Shown piece after piece: positions 8,391 to 16,002 of a DNA stretch of 25,139 bases. Under the pieces are notes generated by a model. The model worked only from the letters and a program-made list of their open reading frames with translations. It made no database searches and had not been told where the DNA came from. This DNA comes from an uncultured bacterium. GTDB taxonomy: Bacteria > JAJVIF01 > JAPKYR01. The translations under genes were made by a program, and so were the position numbers. The DNA lies in assembly GCA_965369865.1 (NCBI GenBank), contig CBDURU010000043.1:1-25139 (forward strand), given 5' to 3'. How positions within the stretch are numbered: the stretch's first letter is position 1; every line of letters begins with the position of its first letter.

Positions 8391-10982
8391 ATGATTCTTT
8401 CACTGCGCAGTATTTTTTTGATTTCATTCATAGTGATAATCATATGCGGCTGCTCCGGGAATTCATCTCAACCAGTATCTCCGGATAATCCTGATTCTTC
8501 GCCAGGACTTGAGGTCAGAGAAGAATTGGAAGAAAGATCTTCCAACTCCGGTCATTATCTGATGCAGTACGGTTACATTTACGTCGACCCGGACCATCCG
8601 GACGGTCCAAAGGTTGAGATTATCCCTGGTCGTCAGGGAGAAATTCACCTCAATATTCTGAAGTTACTTGAAATTGCCCCTTGTGATGATTGCTTCAGAG
8701 TCGTAGGTTTCGATTTCCCCGAACCCGGCAAGCTGACGATCGATATTCAAATCGATCATCCGCTCGATCAGCTTGATTATTCAGTTTTCGATGTTCGATG
8801 CATTATAATGTTCCACGGGAGCCATGAGTTTCCGACATCCGGAAAGACAATCTCCGATCCGGCTCTCGGCGACGGCGCGGTTCTGAATCCGGATGGTTAC
8901 ACAGCCTTGTACAACGGGTCAACCATTACGGCACCAGTGGGGGATTTGCAAAAATATTTCCAGGGAGAACTGGCTACGTGGATGATCCCGGATTCAGACG
9001 TCAATGGATATAAAAATTTCAAATCAAATGATCCATCGAATGATCGTAACGCGTTTTACGCGGGGTCATGGGATGTGCAGACATTTTCCCTGCAACTTCC
9101 AACCGGGACTTTCGTGATCGGCTACGCGGTCGACGCGAACTGGTGGATACCGATATCGACACCGGTTGATGATCCGCTGACTGATTTTGATCTAAACGCG
9201 AATTGCATTGAACCGTGGAAGGTTGTTGTGACGGAAGAGCCGATCTGTGACGGTCTCACTGAAATCGGCGGCCAGACCAAGCTGATAATCGACGTTTATG
9301 ACTGGCAGGGATATCCGACATTTAAAAAACCTGTCGTTGAGTGCCCAGAGATTTTCGACGGAGCAATCACCTCCACATCTACTTCAGGGGGAATCGGTTT
9401 TAGTCGGCATAAAGTAACTATTTCAAATGATAAACTTGCGCCGATTGGAACTTATACCTGCCTTGTTAAAGTTGAAGCGATAGAAAATGATCCATCTGAA
9501 ACCCCGTGGCTCGATTTAACAGCGTATCAGATTGTTAATGTTGAGGTGATTGAAGAAGTACCGGCAGGTCCCGGCCACCTTATCTGGGCAAGTCGCGCCG
9601 GAGGAGCGGAACGCGATCTAGGCTATGGAATCACTACACTTTCGGACAATTCGACAGTTGTGACAGGATATTTTAGAGGATCGGCCATATTCGGAGAGGA
9701 CGAACCAAACGAGACGGTACTGAATTCGGCAGAAGGTTGGGATGATATTTTCATCGCGCGGTACAATCCAGATGGGACGCTCATATGGGCGAAACGTGCT
9801 GGAGGAATTAGTTCCGATTACGCCTATGCAATCACTACGCTATCTGACGATTCGACAGTCGTGTCCGGAAAGTATGGTAGCAAAGCTACATTCGGACCCG
9901 GCGAACCTAACGAGACGATTTTAACATCCTCTAGTGGCGCCTCATTCATAGCGCGTTACAATCCGGACGGGACACTTCAATGGGCTAAACGCGCAGGAGG
10001 TGTAAGAAGCCAGTGGAGCAATTCCATCACAACACTTTCGGACAATTCGACAATCGTGACCGGATACTTTGGTGTATCAACCACATTCGGACCCGGCGAG
10101 CCGAACGAGACGATTTTGACATCCGCTGGTAACTCAGATACATTCATAGCGCGTTACAATCCGGACGGGACGCTTCTATGGGCCAAACGCGCAGGAGGTC
10201 CATCTAAGGATGAGGGCTATGCAGTCACATCGCTTTCTGACGATTCGGCAGTCGTGACAGGGATTTTTACATCATGGGCTAAATTCGGGCTCGGTGAACC
10301 AAACGAGACCCTACTCCTGTCCAATGGAGGGCCGGATTTCTTTATTGCTCAATACAATCCTGACGGGACGCTTAAATGGGCAAAAAGCGCAGGAGGAAAG
10401 AGTTTATTATACGATGAGGGTCATGCAATCACGGCTCTTTCGGATGATTCGACAATCGTAACCGGAATTTTTTCATATACAGTCACATTCGGAGCGGGTG
10501 AACCAAACGAGACGATACTTATATCCGCTGGTCAATACGATATTTTCATCGCTCGATACAATCCGGACGACGGAACGCTTATCTGGGCTAAGAGTGCTGG
10601 AGAACATCAATTTGAGAATAGTTACGGAATCACGACACTTTCGGACGATTCAGTAGTTGTATCCGGAGATTTTAAATATTTGACTAAATTTGGACCCGGT
10701 GAACCAAACGAGACAGTATTAACATCCGCTGGAGACTGGGATATCTTTGTCGCACGATATAATCCGGACGGAACGCTTCTCTGGGCTAAACATGCCGGGG
10801 GATCTGTAGGTCATAAAACTGGTTATGAATGCGGTCGTGGGATTACGGCGCTCTCGGACAACTCAACGGTCGTGACCGGAGGATTCCATGAATCAGCCAC
10901 ATTCGGAGAGTGTGACCCGTTCGAGATAGTGCTGACTTCGGTTGGAGATAGAGATATCTTCATCGCGCGATATGCTCCGTAA
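8391..10982 (+). CDS. Predicted lipoprotein with an uncharacterised N-terminal region and a C-terminal 7-repeat beta-propeller (SBBP-like)
   Basis: RBS GGGAGG at about 8377. Signal peptide MILSLRSIFLISFIVIIICG-C with a Ser/Pro-rich tether. Seven ~66-aa repeats LxWAKxAGG...ITTLSDxSTVVTGxF...FGPGEPNETxLTS...DIFIARYNPDGT. Confidence 0.85.
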   Translation: MILSLRSIFLISFIVIIICGCSGNSSQPVSPDNPDSSPGLEVREELEERSSNSGHYLMQYGYIYVDPDHPDGPKVEIIPGRQGEIHLNILKLLEIAPCDDCFRVVGFDFPEPGKLTIDIQIDHPLDQLDYSVFDVRCIIMFHGSHEFPTSGKTISDPALGDGAVLNPDGYTALYNGSTITAPVGDLQKYFQGELATWMIPDSDVNGYKNFKSNDPSNDRNAFYAGSWDVQTFSLQLPTGTFVIGYAVDANWWIPISTPVDDPLTDFDLNANCIEPWKVVVTEEPICDGLTEIGGQTKLIIDVYDWQGYPTFKKPVVECPEIFDGAITSTSTSGGIGFSRHKVTISNDKLAPIGTYTCLVKVEAIENDPSETPWLDLTAYQIVNVEVIEEVPAGPGHLIWASRAGGAERDLGYGITTLSDNSTVVTGYFRGSAIFGEDEPNETVLNSAEGWDDIFIARYNPDGTLIWAKRAGGISSDYAYAITTLSDDSTVVSGKYGSKATFGPGEPNETILTSSSGASFIARYNPDGTLQWAKRAGGVRSQWSNSITTLSDNSTIVTGYFGVSTTFGPGEPNETILTSAGNSDTFIARYNPDGTLLWAKRAGGPSKDEGYAVTSLSDDSAVVTGIFTSWAKFGLGEPNETLLLSNGGPDFFIAQYNPDGTLKWAKSAGGKSLLYDEGHAITALSDDSTIVTGIFSYTVTFGAGEPNETILISAGQYDIFIARYNPDDGTLIWAKSAGEHQFENSYGITTLSDDSVVVSGDFKYLTKFGPGEPNETVLTSAGDWDIFVARYNPDGTLLWAKHAGGSVGHKTGYECGRGITALSDNSTVVTGGFHESATFGECDPFEIVLTSVGDRDIFIARYAP
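9579..10979 (+). repeat. Seven intragenic ~200-bp tandem repeats encoding propeller blades
   Basis: Visible at both protein and DNA level, e.g. recurring CATTCGGACCCGGCGA, AACGAGACG and TACAATCCGGACGGGAC. Confidence 0.9.
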
Positions 10983-11046
10983 AACTTTGCCTTATACATA
11001 AACATCCATTATCTAATCCACGATCCGCACAATATAAATACCCTGA

Positions 11047-11212
11047 CCGGTAGACCCATATCTATATGATGTGGGTAGTTGTATCAATCAATACCCCGAA
11101 CGTCAGTGAGCGGCCTGCCAACGTCCGTACATTCTCATTCACCCCACATCACATAGTAATATGGACCGGTGGCCCCTCACAACGAGTTCCACGAGTTGGG
11201 AGGGTTTCCCTT
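11047..11212 (+). repeat. Composite REP-like element, copy B (direct orientation relative to copy A)
   Basis: Same GTAG hairpin and CGTCAGTGAGCGG block as 8033-8114. It has a ~35-bp extra segment before GACCGGTGGCCCCTC and a shorter loop before GGAGGG. Confidence 0.85.
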
Positions 11213-11301
11213 TTTTTTACCCCCCCATCCTGCGCCAATCATCCCTGAACCTGTCCTATTAGTTAGTAGAGATCACAATGTTCAAAAGCAGAAACGTACA
11301 A

Positions 11302-11387
11302 GGGGACTGGCAACCGAATTTACCGTCCCTTCAAAACCCCCAATCCTCCAAAAATCTCCCCGACGGTAAATTCGGGTGCCTGTCCCC
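11302..11387. repeat. 26-bp inverted repeat with 34-nt spacer (REPIN/MITE-like)
   Basis: GGGGACTGGCAACCGAATTTACCGTC (11302-11327) versus GACGGTAAATTCGGGTGCCTGTCCCC (11362-11387), 2 mismatches. Confidence 0.85.
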
Positions 11388-11410
11388 GGGATTCAAATAT
11401 CCGCCCACCG

Positions 11411-11628
11411 TACCCCGTATCCCGATACGGCTGAAGGAGTCAAAACCGAAAATCCCGACTGTCGCCCTGAGACAGCTAAAACGCCATCCGCGCCCACTAA
11501 TAGAGTGGATCGCGTCTGTCTCAGGGATACAGTAAAATCGCGAAAAAAAAGGTGAGATACGGATACACCCGATACGGGTAAAACCAAGAAATCGTATCGG
11601 CTCGACTTAAGCGCAGATACCGGTTTTA
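11411..11628. other. Structured non-coding segment with nested inverted repeats and 8 GATAC/GTATC motifs; function unknown
   Basis: Stem ACTGT-cg-CCCTGAGACAG (11458-11475) / CTGTCTCAGGG-at-ACAGT (11516-11533). Outer TACCCCGTATC (11411-11421) / GATACGGGTA (11571-11580). Confidence 0.5.
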
Positions 11629-11675
11629 TACTACCAGTTTTAAATCCAGAATTGATTTACGCATTAACCCCCCAC

Positions 11676-11704
11676 TTGACACGTCCTTACATCGTGGCTA
11701 ACAT
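11676..11704 (+). promoter_or_regulatory. Sigma70-type promoter for the CoA-transferase gene
   Basis: TTGACA (11676-11681), 17 bp spacer, TAACAT (11699-11704). RBS GAGGAG at 11741-11746 before ATG 11756. Confidence 0.7.
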
Positions 11705-11755
11705 GATTCGCCCGGTTTACCGGATGATTCATAAAACCACGAGGAGATTTAAACA

Positions 11756-12955
11756 ATGACCGCAAATGAACTCCCGCTAAGCGGAATAAGAGTAGTAGAC
11801 CTTTCAAGGATTCTCGCGGGACCCTTCTGCACGATGATGCTCGGGGACCTCGGTGCCGAGATTATCAAGATCGAACGTCCGGGGGTTGGCGATGACACGC
11901 GCACATGGGGACCACCGTTCTCGGGAGGGGAGAGCGCGTACTATCTCTGCTGCAACCGTAATAAAAAATCAATAACAATCGATCTGAAAAATCCGCGGGG
12001 TGTTGAACTTGTGAAAGAATTCATCAAGGACGCGGATGTGATTATCGATAATTTCACCCCGGGCCTGATGGAAAAATTCGGGCTCGATTACGAGACGGTC
12101 AAGGAAATTAATCCAGGCATTATATTCTGTTCGATAACCGCGTACGGTCAGGATGGTCCGTACAAGGACCGTCCGGGTTACGACATGGTGCTTGCGGCTG
12201 TTGGCGGGCTGATGGGAATTACAGGGGAACGCGGCAGGCAGCCCGTGAAGGTCGGGGTCGCGATAACGGATGTGTTGACCGGTGTTTATGCGTCGGGAGC
12301 CATCATGGCCGCGCTTCTGGCTCGCGCGAAATCCGGCAGGGGACAATACATCGATGTCAGCCTTCTCGATGTGCAGATATCCGGCCTGGTCAATATAGCA
12401 AGCTCTTACCTTGTGGCCGGGAAAGAAGCCTCTCTCTGGGGAACCGCTCATGAGACGATCGTACCGTACCAGGTATTCCCGACGACGGACCTGCCGATCG
12501 CGATCGGTGTAGCAAATGATAAACTGTGGGCCAGTTTCTGCAAAGTGACCGGGAAGGATGACTGGTTTGCCGATGAGAGGTTCAAGTCAAATCCGAAACG
12601 CGTGGAGAATCGTGAATTGTTAATTAAAATGGTTGCCGGGCTGATGGCGACAAAGTCCAGCGCCGAATGGATGGAAATCCTGGTCGCTGCGAAAATTCCA
12701 TGCGGACCAGTTAACACGATGGGGACATTGTTCGCCGATCCTCAGGTGCTTCACCGTAATATGCTTGCCGAAGTTCCACACCCGACAATCGGTACGCTCC
12801 GGCTGAGCGGTATTCCTGTTAAATACTCTGGGACCCCATTAAGTATTAAAATGCCGCCGCCGCTGCTTGGTGAGCATACGGATGAGATACTGTCGGAGGT
12901 TCTCGGCTATTCGGACGATAAGATTGCCGAATTAAAGGAAGGGAAAGTGGTTTAG
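11756..12955 (+). CDS. Family III (CaiB/BaiF) CoA-transferase, resembling succinyl-CoA:glutarate CoA-transferase-type members
   Basis: LSGIRVVDLSRILAGPFCTMMLGDLGAEIIKIE, GDDTRTWGPP, NRNKKSI, RPGYD, catalytic Asp in VAITDVLTG, and C-terminal PPLLGEHTDEIL. Confidence 0.93.
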   Translation: MTANELPLSGIRVVDLSRILAGPFCTMMLGDLGAEIIKIERPGVGDDTRTWGPPFSGGESAYYLCCNRNKKSITIDLKNPRGVELVKEFIKDADVIIDNFTPGLMEKFGLDYETVKEINPGIIFCSITAYGQDGPYKDRPGYDMVLAAVGGLMGITGERGRQPVKVGVAITDVLTGVYASGAIMAALLARAKSGRGQYIDVSLLDVQISGLVNIASSYLVAGKEASLWGTAHETIVPYQVFPTTDLPIAIGVANDKLWASFCKVTGKDDWFADERFKSNPKRVENRELLIKMVAGLMATKSSAEWMEILVAAKIPCGPVNTMGTLFADPQVLHRNMLAEVPHPTIGTLRLSGIPVKYSGTPLSIKMPPPLLGEHTDEILSEVLGYSDDKIAELKEGKVV

Positions 12956-12994
12956 GAATTCAAATTCGTAAGTTGATGTAATCTGAGACTTTTG

Positions 12995-13030
12995 AAGCCC
13001 GGCCGGTGAAGTCCGGGTTTTAATTTTTCT
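12995..13030 (+). terminator. Candidate intrinsic terminator after the CoA-transferase gene
   Basis: AAGCCCGG...CCGGGTTT stem followed by TAATTTTTCT. Confidence 0.5.
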
Positions 13031-13290
13031 GATTGGATGGTTACTGATATTTATGGGAAGGTTAATCAAGGTTTTGAAAGAGCCTCACTGGGACATGGCA
13101 ATTTTCTCCAGTGATAAACCTGACTTTACCATTGCATATCAAGGGAAAAATACCTTGTCCCCGAAGCGCAGTTTGAAAATGATTTCATAAATACAATTCA
13201 TAACCATACGGATATCGATACAAGAGGGAAAATTCACAACGTAATAAGGGATTATTGTGAAATGCACATGCAGGTATGATGAAATGGACT

Positions 13291-13308
13291 TTGTGAAAGT
13301 GATAACAT
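13291..13308. promoter_or_regulatory. Rex-like operator candidate TTGTGAA-AGTG-ATAACAT
   Basis: 7/7 left half and 4/7 right half of TTGTGAA-N4-TTCACAA. Extra half-sites TTCACAA (13233-13239) and TTGTGAA (13255-13261). Confidence 0.35.
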
Positions 13309-13333
13309 TCATTCAGCACCATATCTACATCAC

Positions 13334-13363
13334 TTGACACAGCTTACTCATTGAGGTTATTAT
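13334..13363 (+). promoter_or_regulatory. Sigma70-type promoter for the oxidoreductase-led operon
   Basis: TTGACA (13334-13339), 18 bp spacer, TATTAT (13358-13363), in an AT-rich intergenic region. Confidence 0.6.
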
Positions 13364-13514
13364 ACCTCCGCGAACTATCTGGGAATCTTAATCTGAGGAG
13401 AGGAGACCCTGTCCGGCTCGTTACGAGGATTATATGTGAATTAAATCTCGGTTGGTTTTTTTCCTTTCCACTTACCGAGCATTCAGGGATTGTATCTTCA
13501 TCAAAGGAAAAAAC

Positions 13515-14642
13515 ATGGGACACGAATTTATTGAAGGAAACGAGGCGATCGCACGTGGTGCAATGCGTGCGGGTTGCAACTTTTTTGCGAGCTACCCAAT
13601 TACTCCAGCCTCCTCGATCCTCCACTACATGAATGTGTTAGTACCTGAAGCCGGTGGTGTTGTTATACAGGGGGAGGATGAGATTGCGTCGATGGGTTTC
13701 TGTATTGGCGCGGCCATGGCCGGGCGTAAGGTTCTTACCTCGACAAGCGGTCCGGGCTTAAGCCTTTACAGCGAAAACATCGGCCTCGCGCAGATGGGTG
13801 AAACCCCCTTGGTCATTATAAATATCCAGCGTCAGGGCCCTGCGACCGGCTCAGCGACGAAAGGTGCTGAGAGTGACATCCAGTTTACACGCTGGGTGAC
13901 TTCCGGCGGGCTTCCGGTTATCGCTCTCAGTCCGGCTACAGTTGAAGAAGCGTATTTGCTTACTTACATTGCTTTCAACTTCGCCGAGAAGTACCGCACG
14001 CCTGTGTTTATCATGGCGAACAAGGAAATAGGCGTAACCAAGGAATCCGCGGATCTTGAATCGATCGAGCTTCCTCCTCTTGTCGAGCGTAAGAAAGTCC
14101 CATCGGGCCAGAAGGAATACCTGCCACACCTTTTCGATGAGCTCGATGAGGTGCCGGCTATTTCGGACTTCGGAGGAGATTACATAGCACGTTACACCAC
14201 TTCTACTCACGATAAGACCGCTTATCTGGTCACCAAACCTGATGTCATCCAGGAGATGATCGATCACTACTTCGCGAAAATCGAAAATGCCATTGATGAC
14301 ATCACCCTCGTAAAAGAGGACTTCCAGGAAGGTGCTGAGACCCTTGTTATCAGCTACGGCGTCATCTCGAGATCGGCGGCCGTGGCAATCTCGGAAGCCA
14401 GGGCAAAAGGTAAAAAGATTTCAGCTCTCGTTCTCCAGACAATCTGGCCGGTACCCGAGAAAGTCATCAAAGCTGCCATGAAGGGCATCAGGAAAATAAT
14501 CGTACCCGAAATGAACATGGGTCAATACCTTATCGAAATTGAAAGACTGGCGGCAACGGATGTTGAAGTGATAGGTGTCAACAAGATGAATACTACGCTG
14601 GTTTCCCCACAGGAGATCATTGAAAAGGGAGGCCTGCTGTGA
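13515..14642 (+). CDS. 2-oxoacid:ferredoxin oxidoreductase alpha subunit (KorA/VorA-like); start reassigned from 13452 to ATG 13515
   Basis: FIEGNEAIARGA, FFASYPITPAS, QGEDEIAS, TSGPGLSL, QRQGPATG and VPEMNMGQY. RBS AAGGA directly upstream of ATG 13515, where the family pattern begins. Confidence 0.92.
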   Translation: MGHEFIEGNEAIARGAMRAGCNFFASYPITPASSILHYMNVLVPEAGGVVIQGEDEIASMGFCIGAAMAGRKVLTSTSGPGLSLYSENIGLAQMGETPLVIINIQRQGPATGSATKGAESDIQFTRWVTSGGLPVIALSPATVEEAYLLTYIAFNFAEKYRTPVFIMANKEIGVTKESADLESIELPPLVERKKVPSGQKEYLPHLFDELDEVPAISDFGGDYIARYTTSTHDKTAYLVTKPDVIQEMIDHYFAKIENAIDDITLVKEDFQEGAETLVISYGVISRSAAVAISEARAKGKKISALVLQTIWPVPEKVIKAAMKGIRKIIVPEMNMGQYLIEIERLAATDVEVIGVNKMNTTLVSPQEIIEKGGLL

Positions 14643-15985
14643 GTGATATCAAGTATAAATCATACATGACTGATAAAATCGGACCCCTTCCGTTTTGCCC
14701 GGGCTGCGGGCACACTACGCTTATCAACGCCCTGGACAAAGCCCTTGTAGAGTTGCAGCTTGACCCCAAGGATGTCGTCATTGTCACAGACATCGGCTGC
14801 ATCGGCTTGTCCGACAGGTATTTCACAACAAACGCATTTCATGGTCTGCACGGACGCTCAATTACATATGCCTGCGGGTTAAAACTGGCACGTCCCGAGT
14901 TGACCGTAATTACCCTCATGGGTGATGGAGCGGCCGGTATCGGGGGAACCCATTTCCTGAATGTCGCGCGGCGTAACATCGGCATCACGCTGCTCATTGG
15001 AAATAATTTCAATTACGGTATGACGGGCGGCCAGCATTCAGTCACTACACCAACCGGTGGAATTACATCGACCACGCCGTGGGGCAACCCGGAAGGGCCT
15101 ATGGACCTCTGCGGAACCGCGGTCGCCGCGGGCGCGGCATGGGTCTACAGGGCGACAACATTCGACAAAGACCTTTCCGGTATCATTAAAATGGCGATCG
15201 AGCAACCAGGATTTGCCTTCGTAGATACCTGGGAGTTGTGCACGGCATATTACATGGTGCGTAATAAGCTCAGGAAAAAGGAACTTTTTGATTTACTGGA
15301 TTTCTACGGCTTCAGCGTTGGACTCCAGGCTGATAAGCCCCGGCCTGAGTACAGCGTGAAGTACATGGAGGCGTACGAACAAGGAAAGAGTGTAATAAAG
15401 AAAAAACCTTATATCAAAGCTCAGCATCCGAACTCCGTAACCAGGCAAACTGGAATTATTATCGCCGGAAGTGCAGGGCAGAAGATCAGGTCAGCGGCTA
15501 CGGTATTAGCGGAGGGTTCAATTTTTGCCGGTCTGAACGCTACCCAGAAGGACGATTACCCGATCACGGTACAGACCGGGCACTCGGTGGCAGAGATAAT
15601 CCTCAGTCCCGATCGAATTGATTATACCGGAATCGAAAATCCTGATTTCTTCGTCCTTATTTCGGAAGATGGGCTTAAACGAACACGGCCGAAAATCCAG
15701 GCCCTGCCCGAAACATGCATCCTTTACGTGGACGAAACAATTGAGCTGCCTGAAACAAAAGCACAGGTACGCAGATTACCATTCAGGAAGCTTGAGAAGG
15801 CAGTCGGAAAATTGTCTCTTTCGACAGCAGCGGTAGCTGCAATGCTCGAAGACAGCGAGATGTTCCCTATTGAGGCTTACGGTCTTGCGATCAAGAGTTT
15901 CCAAAGTCCAAAAATTGCTGAAATAAATTTGAAAGCTGTAACCGCTGGGGCGGAATTAACAAGCAAATCAAGCAAAATGGGATAA
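14639..15985 (+). CDS. 2-oxoacid:ferredoxin oxidoreductase beta (TPP-binding) subunit fused to a gamma domain
   Basis: FCPGCGH, DIGC, LHGR and GDG...NNFNYGMTGGQHS (TPP motif). From about 15452 a gamma-type domain IIIAGSAGQKI...GHSVAEIILS...INLKAV. GTGA overlap with the alpha stop codon. Confidence 0.9.
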   Translation: MSDIKYKSYMTDKIGPLPFCPGCGHTTLINALDKALVELQLDPKDVVIVTDIGCIGLSDRYFTTNAFHGLHGRSITYACGLKLARPELTVITLMGDGAAGIGGTHFLNVARRNIGITLLIGNNFNYGMTGGQHSVTTPTGGITSTTPWGNPEGPMDLCGTAVAAGAAWVYRATTFDKDLSGIIKMAIEQPGFAFVDTWELCTAYYMVRNKLRKKELFDLLDFYGFSVGLQADKPRPEYSVKYMEAYEQGKSVIKKKPYIKAQHPNSVTRQTGIIIAGSAGQKIRSAATVLAEGSIFAGLNATQKDDYPITVQTGHSVAEIILSPDRIDYTGIENPDFFVLISEDGLKRTRPKIQALPETCILYVDETIELPETKAQVRRLPFRKLEKAVGKLSLSTAAVAAMLEDSEMFPIEAYGLAIKSFQSPKIAEINLKAVTAGAELTSKSSKMG

Positions 15986-16002
15986 AAACCGGAGGATTTG
16001 AC

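Noticed and set aside
8114..8443. 109-aa minus-strand ORF
   Set aside because: It overlaps the lipoprotein start and the repeat element and has no recognisable features.
11066..11587. Short ORFs of 60-85 aa in the repeat-rich intergenic region
   Set aside because: They overlap REP-like and inverted-repeat sequence and show no recognisable motif.
8391..11628. Diversity-generating retroelement or retron
   Set aside because: No reverse transcriptase in the window, no non-coding template copy of the gene, and repeat differences do not look adenine-specific.
13452..13514. Extended N-terminus of the OFOR alpha subunit from the ORF track
   Set aside because: It is a non-ATG start without an RBS. 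ATG 13515 has AAGGA upstream and coincides with the start of the family pattern.
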